IMG/VR virus record: IMGVR_UViG_3300037420_001897 | Length of the DNA stretch: 21,494 bases | Strand: one strand, 5' to 3' | DNA from: an uncultured virus (IMG/VR IMGVR_UViG_3300037420_001897) | Taxonomy: Duplodnaviria; Heunggongvirae; Uroviricota; Caudoviricetes | Shown here: piece after piece, positions 16,258-21,494 of the stretch | How positions within the stretch are numbered: the first letter of the stretch is position 1 | Layout: each line of letters begins with the position of its first letter | Made by a program: the position numbers and the translations under genes | The notes under the pieces: model-generated | The model's database searches: none | Seen by the model: the letters and a program-made list of their open reading frames with translations, nothing else | Told to the model about the DNA's origin: nothing

Positions 16258-16715
16258 GGCTGCCCCTCCTCGAACAGGTCGAGGTTGGCCGGGCCTACCG
16301 CAGCAGCTTCACCAGCACTTCCTTCGCGGCGATCCGGATGGACCCCAACAGGGCCCTGAACCTCGCGGCGGCGCGCGCGAAGGGCCTGTAACTCCCGGTC
16401 AAGGCGCGCTTCCCTCTCTGCAATCTCGGCCAGGACGGGCGCGATCTCGGGGTCGAATACTACCCGCAGCACGGTGTCGCCGAAGCGGCGAACGATGGCG
16501 GCCCACGTCTCGTCGCCCGGCCAATGGCCTTCGAACAGGTTGCGGGCGGTGCGGGCGGTGACGTCCCGCCCGCTGGCGATCGACAAGTCGCGCGCCAGGC
16601 GCTTGTCCCGGTTGTCGCCGCCGTAGCCGTAGATCGAGCACAGGAACGCAATGAGGCGGTCCCTGGGTCGACCGTGGCGAAATTCCGCCATGACGTGCAT
16701 CTCCGCGAGGCTCAT
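16254..16715 (-). CDS. CII-position HTH regulator with C-terminal coiled coil
   Basis: ATG 16715 with GGAGG-like GAGG upstream; DKRLARDL...VTARTARNLFEGHWP HTH; lies downstream of cro. Confidence 0.65.
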   Translation of the reverse strand: MSLAEMHVMAEFRHGRPRDRLIAFLCSIYGYGGDNRDKRLARDLSIASGRDVTARTARNLFEGHWPGDETWAAIVRRFGDTVLRVVFDPEIAPVLAEIAEREARLDRELQALRARRREVQGPVGVHPDRREGSAGEAAAVGPANLDLFEEGQP

Positions 16716-16741
16716 TGCTGAGGACCTCGACGGAGGGGCTG

Positions 16742-16915
16742 ATGCGGGAGGCCGAGCACGACGACCGACAGAGGCGAGCTGAGGCTCACTTCGCTGCGGC
16801 CAGGCGCCTCGGCGATGGGATGCGCGAACACCCCGGAATGCGCGGCCTTGCGAGGGCTTGGCGCTTCCACGTGGCCAGGGCGGCAACCCTGGCGACAGAA
16901 CTCTGCGGCCGGTGA
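16742..16915 (+). CDS. Possible small antisense-oriented protein (57 aa)
   Basis: GGAGGGG upstream of ATG 16742; protein-like helical sequence. Confidence 0.4.
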   Translation: MREAEHDDRQRRAEAHFAAARRLGDGMREHPGMRGLARAWRFHVARAATLATELCGR

Positions 16916-17170
16916 GCATGGCGCTCCGCCGGCCGCCTCCGTTGAGCAGGCTGCGCGCCGGGGCTCAGACTGGAAAGTGGGCCCGCCCAACCTTCGCCGC
17001 TGGCGCGCCTGGACGCCGCGGCCAACCAGGATCCGCGACGGCAGCTCGGAATAGCACTCCCCGGCCAGCCAGGGGGCGTGCGGCCGGCCGGGGACACGCG
17101 CGCTGGGATCGGAGCCGGGGGCAAGCTCCTGGGGGCGTTGGCGCGCATGTTCGAATGGAGGTTGGCTGAG

Positions 17171-17443
17171 ATGGCCCGCGAACCGAACCACATGCCCCCG
17201 CCCGAGCCCATCTGGGTCGCGCTGGGCCTGGCCATCTGGGCCGTGGCGATCGCGCTCGGCGACCGGCGCCGCGGCCTGTTCATCGACGCCCTGGAACGGG
17301 TCGCATCCGACCAGGTCGCCAAGCGTCGCATCGTCGCGGTGCACCAGCCGGACGGCCGACGCCGGGCGGTAACAGCATCCGTTCAGGTTGCGGCAAGCTA
17401 CGTCACACGCATAGTTGCACAACTGAGGGCGGCGCACGAATGA
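17171..17443 (+). CDS. Possible small membrane protein, antisense to the cro operon (90 aa)
   Basis: GGAGG upstream of ATG 17171; hydrophobic IWVALGLAIWAVAIAL. Confidence 0.5.
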   Translation: MAREPNHMPPPEPIWVALGLAIWAVAIALGDRRRGLFIDALERVASDQVAKRRIVAVHQPDGRRRAVTASVQVAASYVTRIVAQLRAAHE

Positions 17444-17471
17444 GGGACCCCGCGTCGCCGCTCGGCCGGGG

Positions 17472-17747
17472 GTGCGCGTGGCGTTCAGTGATTTCGATTT
17501 CGACGTGCTGCGGCTGTGGGAGCCGCCAGCGAACGATGAGGCCGTGGAGCCGAGATGGGGGACGCTGAGGCCGCTGAAGCGCAAGGCCTGCCGAAAACGG
17601 GTCAAGTCGGAACTGAAGCCCGTCCGCGGTTCGACGGCGCCGCGCGACGTGCTGCGGCGCAGCTGGATCAACGCGAAGTGCAGATCCTGCGGCCGATGCC
17701 CGAAGCACATCGCCAGCCTGGCCCCGCCGGAGGCTATGGCCCCCTGA
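17472..17747 (+). CDS. Possible small basic Cys-containing protein convergent with cro (91 aa)
   Basis: ORF track; CRSCGRC; stop lies 4 nt from the cro stop. Confidence 0.35.
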   Translation: MRVAFSDFDFDVLRLWEPPANDEAVEPRWGTLRPLKRKACRKRVKSELKPVRGSTAPRDVLRRSWINAKCRSCGRCPKHIASLAPPEAMAP

Positions 17748-17751
17748 GCGT

Positions 17752-17985
17752 TCACGCCGCGGCGTCTCCGGCATCGGCGGGCGCTGCGGCGTGGAACAAT
17801 TGTCCGGCCGGAATGCCGGTCAGACGCTCCAGCGCGGCGGCGGTGTCGAACGATGGCTTCGAGACAGCGTTGCGGAGCCGGTTGACCTGGGAACGAGTGA
17901 TGTTCAGGTCGGCGGCGACCGCCTCATCGGTCTTGTCGTTCTCGGCCATCCATCGGGCCAATTGCGTCTTGGGCGCGTCTTCCAT
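17752..17985 (-). CDS. cro: Cro-like XRE HTH protein (77 aa)
   Basis: MEDAPKTQLARWM...DEAVAADLNITRSQVNRLRNAVSKPSFDTAAALERLTG; divergent from the repressor. Confidence 0.85.
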   Translation of the reverse strand: MEDAPKTQLARWMAENDKTDEAVAADLNITRSQVNRLRNAVSKPSFDTAAALERLTGIPAGQLFHAAAPADAGDAAA

Positions 17986-17991
17986 ACGTGG

Positions 17992-18021
17992 AATGTGCAT
18001 GTGATGCACCTCCCAAGTCAA
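17992..18021 (-). promoter_or_regulatory. PR-like promoter for cro
   Basis: Minus strand TTGACT-N18-CACATT, ending 6 nt before the cro ATG; overlaps the operator. Confidence 0.6.
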
Positions 18022-18043
18022 CGGGAATGTGCACGCGGTGCGC
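17995..18043. promoter_or_regulatory. OR-like operator pair
   Basis: GTGCAT-GTG-ATGCAC (17995-18009, perfect arms) and GTGCAC-GCG-GTGCGC (18029-18043), 34 bp apart. Confidence 0.85.
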
Positions 18044-18078
18044 TGGCGCCGAAACCCGAGGAGTGGCGCCCTGGGTGC

Positions 18079-18750
18079 ATGGCCCGCACATCCCGCTCAT
18101 CGGCGCTTGAAACAACGCATCACTTGCGAGCCTGGCGAAAGCATCGTGGCGTGACGCTGGAGCGCCTGGCCGAGGCGATAAACATGACCCATCAGAACCT
18201 GGGCAAGATTGAGCGAGGCATGGTCCCTCTGGGCGAGGAGCATTTGGGTCCACTCGCACGGGCTCTGGGCATCGAGCCGCCGGACCTTTTCCGCGATCCA
18301 ACGACAGCAACCACGGAGAAGCTCGTCCCGGTCATTGGACGAGTGGGGGCCGACAATGAGGGGACGGTGATCTACGGTCATGCCGACGATACCGGCGACC
18401 TGGTGCCGATCCCTCCAGGCGGGACCGTCAAGGCCGTCGCGCTGAAGGTTGTCGGTCACTCCATGGGCGACTGGGCGCCCGACGGGTCGCTCATCTACTT
18501 TGAGCGCCAGGAACTCCCACCCAGCGCCGACCTCCTGGACCAGCCTTGCGTCGTCCAGACCGAGGATGACAACGTCCTGCTGAAGCGGTTGCAGCGGGGG
18601 AGCCGGCCGGGTCGTTATGATCTTGAGAGCATCGTCGGCCCGACGCTTCGCGATGTCCGTCTCAAGTGGGCGGCCGAGGTGACCGCCAACATCCCCCCGC
18701 GCCAGGCCCGTCGCATCATCCGCCATACTTCGGAGATCCAGGCCGCATGA
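18079..18750 (+). CDS. cI: CI-like phage repressor (XRE HTH + S24 peptidase)
   Basis: LRAWRKHRGVTLERLAEAINMTHQNLGKIERG HTH; VVGHSM serine and LLKRL lysine of the S24 dyad. Confidence 0.92.
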   Translation: MARTSRSSALETTHHLRAWRKHRGVTLERLAEAINMTHQNLGKIERGMVPLGEEHLGPLARALGIEPPDLFRDPTTATTEKLVPVIGRVGADNEGTVIYGHADDTGDLVPIPPGGTVKAVALKVVGHSMGDWAPDGSLIYFERQELPPSADLLDQPCVVQTEDDNVLLKRLQRGSRPGRYDLESIVGPTLRDVRLKWAAEVTANIPPRQARRIIRHTSEIQAA

Positions 18751-19514
18751 CGCGACGGCGAGCCATGTGCCGGTGTGCGGCCGCGCTATTAGTCCTGGCT
18801 TGGCCGGGAGTTCTCTGCGCTCAAGTCGTGACGGCGGCGGAAGCCCCGCCACTATGCGAGGCCTCGGCGGGCGGGATGCCGTCTGGCGGAGGTGGCACGG
18901 TGATCATCTCGCAGCCGGTAACGGGACAAACGATCGAGGCTGATGTCGGCGCTGCGTTGGCGACCTCTAACCGGCGCAAGATCTTCATCTCACTGCGCGC
19001 GGTGCGCGAGCCCTTTGCGTTCACCGGGACCTACCGCGGAAGAGCATTCGAGGCGTCGGTTCCGGCTGGCGAATTCAGCGCCGACGTCGTGCGCCGCAAT
19101 CGGCTCCGCGGCGTCCAGTGGCGCTTCCTCGACGAATCGAAGCCGAAGGGCAGACTGACAGCACCCTACCTCCAGGCCGTCTCGGTTAGCGGGGACAAGG
19201 TGAGCATCCTGGTCGACTTCGATTTCGGGTCTCCCTTCGAGCGCTACGAGGTTCCGCTGTCTGCTTTCGAGGTTTCTCGCTGCACCGAGTTCGGAGGGTT
19301 CCGGCGCGAGCTAGTCTACTCCGGCGTCAGCGGCAGCGCCGTGCGGCTCACCTATCGCGAATTCAGCGATGGCGTCGCCCGGCCGGCCTTTACCGAGGAC
19401 CTCAGCTATGACCTCAGCGCCGGTAAGGAGATTGGCTACAAGGGGGCTCGCCTGCGCATCCTGAAGGCCGACAACACGGGCATCCGATACGAGCTGCAGA
19501 GGCCGCTCGAATAG
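18747..19514 (+). CDS. Putative exported protein co-transcribed with the repressor (lysogenic conversion / exclusion candidate)
   Basis: ATGA-coupled to cI (alternative start 18765); signal-like AAALLVLAWPGVLCA; beta-rich C-terminus ELVYSG...LTYREFSDGVARPAF...IGYKGARL. Confidence 0.7.
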   Translation: MTRRRAMCRCAAALLVLAWPGVLCAQVVTAAEAPPLCEASAGGMPSGGGGTVIISQPVTGQTIEADVGAALATSNRRKIFISLRAVREPFAFTGTYRGRAFEASVPAGEFSADVVRRNRLRGVQWRFLDESKPKGRLTAPYLQAVSVSGDKVSILVDFDFGSPFERYEVPLSAFEVSRCTEFGGFRRELVYSGVSGSAVRLTYREFSDGVARPAFTEDLSYDLSAGKEIGYKGARLRILKADNTGIRYELQRPLE

Positions 19515-19520
19515 GCTGAT

Positions 19521-19572
19521 GCGCATGTGATGCACTTTTCTGCTTGCGCGCGTTGTGCATGACGTGCACATT
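19521..19572 (+). promoter_or_regulatory. OL-like operator pair with PL-like promoter
   Basis: GCGCAT-GTG-ATGCAC (19521-19535) and GTGCAT-GAC-GTGCAC (19555-19569), 34 bp apart; TTGCGC(19544)-N17-CACATT(19567). Confidence 0.85.
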
Positions 19573-19598
19573 CTCTCCAGCACTGCCGGAGAGACGAC

Positions 19599-19889
19599 AT
19601 GCCCACCGCCGAGCTCCTCACCGCCTGGAAGCCCCGCCTTCGCGCTGACGGCCTGATCGACGTCGGCCATTCCTGCGACCTGGTCGAGGCGCTGACCGCA
19701 CAGATCGAGGCGATGGGCGTTGAGCGCTCCGTCGCGCAGCTCGCCGCCGGCTCGGTCGTCAACTGCCAGTGCTATCCGGACTTCGGCCTGAACGGCACGC
19801 AACACGCCGACCCGTTCCGGGCGACGGCCGCGCTGCGGGCGATCCGGGCGTGGGTCGCGGCGTCCGACGCTCAGCGCAAGGCGGCCTGA
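19599..19889 (+). CDS. Hypothetical protein, first gene of the PL operon
   Basis: GGAGAG upstream; directly after the PL-like promoter. Confidence 0.75.
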   Translation: MPTAELLTAWKPRLRADGLIDVGHSCDLVEALTAQIEAMGVERSVAQLAAGSVVNCQCYPDFGLNGTQHADPFRATAALRAIRAWVAASDAQRKAA

Positions 19890-19891
19890 CC

Positions 19892-20245
19892 ATGGCCGAC
19901 GGCGCCTCCAGGATCCTCACCCTCATCCCGACCTCGCGCGAGGTCGCCAAGCTGGCCTCGCTGCGCCAGGCGCCGGTCGCGGATCATCCCATGGCGAACG
20001 CCTACGGCCACGCCCCGGTGCAGCCGCTGGAGCCGGAGCCGACGCTCGAGGTCGACCGCCGCGCCGGCTGCGTCCTCTGGGTCGAGACGGGCCTGCGGCT
20101 GCGCGAGCCCGACGACTTCCGGCAGCTGGCCAACCTGTTCCTGACGAACGGCAAGGCCCGGGCCTTCAACGCGCTCAACGACGCCGAGATGGCGCTCAGC
20201 GAGGTGGGCGGTGCGGCGATCGCGCTGGCGGAGGGTCGGCCGTGA
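19892..20245 (+). CDS. Hypothetical protein (117 aa)
   Basis: ATG 19892 with AAGG upstream, 2 nt after the upstream stop. Confidence 0.7.
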   Translation: MADGASRILTLIPTSREVAKLASLRQAPVADHPMANAYGHAPVQPLEPEPTLEVDRRAGCVLWVETGLRLREPDDFRQLANLFLTNGKARAFNALNDAEMALSEVGGAAIALAEGRP

Positions 20246-20364
20246 CTCCCCGCCTCGTCATCTGGGCGCTCGTCGTCGTCGGCGCCGCGACCTTGGCTGC
20301 CGCCCTCACCACGGGCTTCCTGAACAGCGCCGCGCTCTTCCCGTCCGTGTCGGGGAGCTGGTGA
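20242..20364 (+). CDS. Small single-pass membrane peptide (40 aa)
   Basis: Hand translation MTPRLVIWALVVVGAATLAAALTTGFLNSAALFPSVSGSW; GGAGG upstream; overlaps both neighbours. Confidence 0.65.
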   Translation: MTPRLVIWALVVVGAATLAAALTTGFLNSAALFPSVSGSW

Positions 20365-20630
20365 TGGCCGAGACCTTCTCCGTCTGCCAGTTCTTCTACG
20401 ACGGCTGCTACGAGTACGTGCGCCAGTCGGTCGACGCCGCCGAGGCCGTCCAGGCGGCGATGCACTACGCCACGAGCGTGGGGGCCCGGCTCGGAACGAC
20501 GCGCCGGGTGATCATCACCGACAGCGGCGATTCCATCACGTTCGAGTGGACCTGGGACGACGGCATTGTCTTCCCGGCCGAGGGGCCCGCCGCTGGCCAG
20601 CTCAAGCACGGCAAGCGGGAGGCTGCGTGA
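20364..20630 (+). CDS. Hypothetical phage protein (88 aa)
   Basis: ATG 20364 (TGATG overlap), GGGGAG upstream; FSVCQFF...RVIITDSGD...FEW. Confidence 0.75.
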   Translation: MAETFSVCQFFYDGCYEYVRQSVDAAEAVQAAMHYATSVGARLGTTRRVIITDSGDSITFEWTWDDGIVFPAEGPAAGQLKHGKREAA

Positions 20631-20932
20631 TGGCCGAGCCCGTGTTCGTGGTCCTGACGATCAGCGGCAAGGTTTGGAAGAAGCCCACCGAGACCGGCTA
20701 CTTCGGACTCCTCCGCGACGTCTATGTCGAGATGCAGGGCGCCGGGTCCAATTGGGATGCGCCGTGGCGGCTCCTGATGAACGGCGAAATGGTCGTTCCC
20801 GAAAAGCTGAAGGACCTCGTCTGGGACTACTGCCGCGCCGACGATGAGGCGCGTTGGGCGGCGGCAAAGGCGAACCAAGAGGCGCACCGGCCCGCGTGGC
20901 TGCCCGCGCCGCAGGTGGAACCGCGGTCATGA
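20630..20932 (+). CDS. Hypothetical protein (100 aa)
   Basis: TGATG overlap, GGAGG upstream. Confidence 0.72.
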   Translation: MAEPVFVVLTISGKVWKKPTETGYFGLLRDVYVEMQGAGSNWDAPWRLLMNGEMVVPEKLKDLVWDYCRADDEARWAAAKANQEAHRPAWLPAPQVEPRS

Positions 20933-21132
20933 TCCGCACCCCCGCCACCTCGCTCGTCGGCGCGATCGCCATCCTCGGCCCGATCACGGGACCGCTGGTG
21001 GTGGCCAGCTTCCGGTTCGCCCGCGCTGGCCGGCCGCGGCTCGCCGCGCTCTGCGCCGCCGGCGTCGTCGCAACGCCCTTCATGCTGACCGCGGTCGCGG
21101 CCTGGGTCGCCTCGCTGCAGGGGGTCGGCTGA
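20929..21132 (+). CDS. Small two-helix membrane protein (67 aa)
   Basis: ATGA overlap; two hydrophobic segments around RFARAGRPR. Confidence 0.65.
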   Translation: MIRTPATSLVGAIAILGPITGPLVVASFRFARAGRPRLAALCAAGVVATPFMLTAVAAWVASLQGVG

Positions 21133-21494
21133 TGGGCGACGTCCTTTCCCTGTTTTCCGACCAGGCGCCGCCGAAAGCGAGCAAACCGAAGCTCGAGATC
21201 CACGAGCACTGCTTCATCCGCGGCCCGCGGGCCCGCTTCGCCGGCGCCGACGCGTCCCACCTGGTTCACAGCCACGTGGGCGGCGACGTCCCGCACAGCC
21301 ATCCAGACACGGGGCCGGCTTCCTACACCATCGACAAGGACGACTGGTACGCCCGCACGGGTCTGCAGGGCGGCGGGCGGAAGAAGTTCACCTCTGCCCC
21401 GACCGGCGAGCAGTTCTCCACGATCCCGCGCACGCCAGAGGAATCGACGTTCGGGGTGATCGTCTGCGATCCGCCGGCGCCTTCGGGTTTCACC
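21132..21494 (+). CDS. His-rich hypothetical protein, truncated by the window end
   Basis: Not in the ORF track; TGATG overlap; open to the end: MGDVLSLF...IHEHCF...HLVHSHVGGDVPHSHPDTG. Confidence 0.7.
   Translation, partial: MGDVLSLFSDQAPPKASKPKLEIHEHCFIRGPRARFAGADASHLVHSHVGGDVPHSHPDTGPASYTIDKDDWYARTGLQGGGRKKFTSAPTGEQFSTIPRTPEESTFGVIVCDPPAPSGFT

Larger units (their letters stand above)
1..21494. mobile_element. Temperate phage/prophage early region (immunity, DNA modification, replication); both ends lie outside the window
   Basis: Divergent cI/cro with operators, DUF1376 initiator + DnaB, VRR-NUC, many short ATGA/GTGA-coupled genes, lambdoid gene order. Confidence 0.93.

Noticed and set aside
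1..21494. tRNA, rRNA, integrase, att sites, CtrA boxes
   Set aside because: None recognised by eye; not exhaustively excluded

Overview
GC-rich early/middle region of a temperate, lambdoid-organised phage or prophage of an alphaproteobacterium, most likely Caulobacteraceae given its host-like GcrA and DnaB. The immunity switch lies at about 17.75-19.6 kb: a divergent Cro-like gene and a CI-like HTH+S24 repressor, with two matched operator pairs (GTGCAY-N3-RTGCRC, 34 bp apart) and a secreted-protein gene coupled behind the repressor. A ~17 kb, mostly translationally coupled minus-strand operon runs leftward. It carries regulators (CII-position HTH, short TetR, LexA DNA-binding domain, GcrA), a VRR-NUC nuclease, and a dense block of candidate DNA-modification enzymes: a GP88/radical-SAM-like HTH fusion, a DndC/PAPS-reductase-like protein, an XF1762/Mom-like GNAT, an N4/N6 methyltransferase and a TGT/DpdA-like barrel, followed by a PD-(D/E)XK nuclease. 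Next come DnaB, a DUF1376 initiator with internal iterons, a BCS1-like membrane AAA ATPase and a truncated Q-position regulator. A plus-strand early operon of small hypothetical genes starts at 19.6 kb. All family assignments are motif recognition by eye, not database searches.
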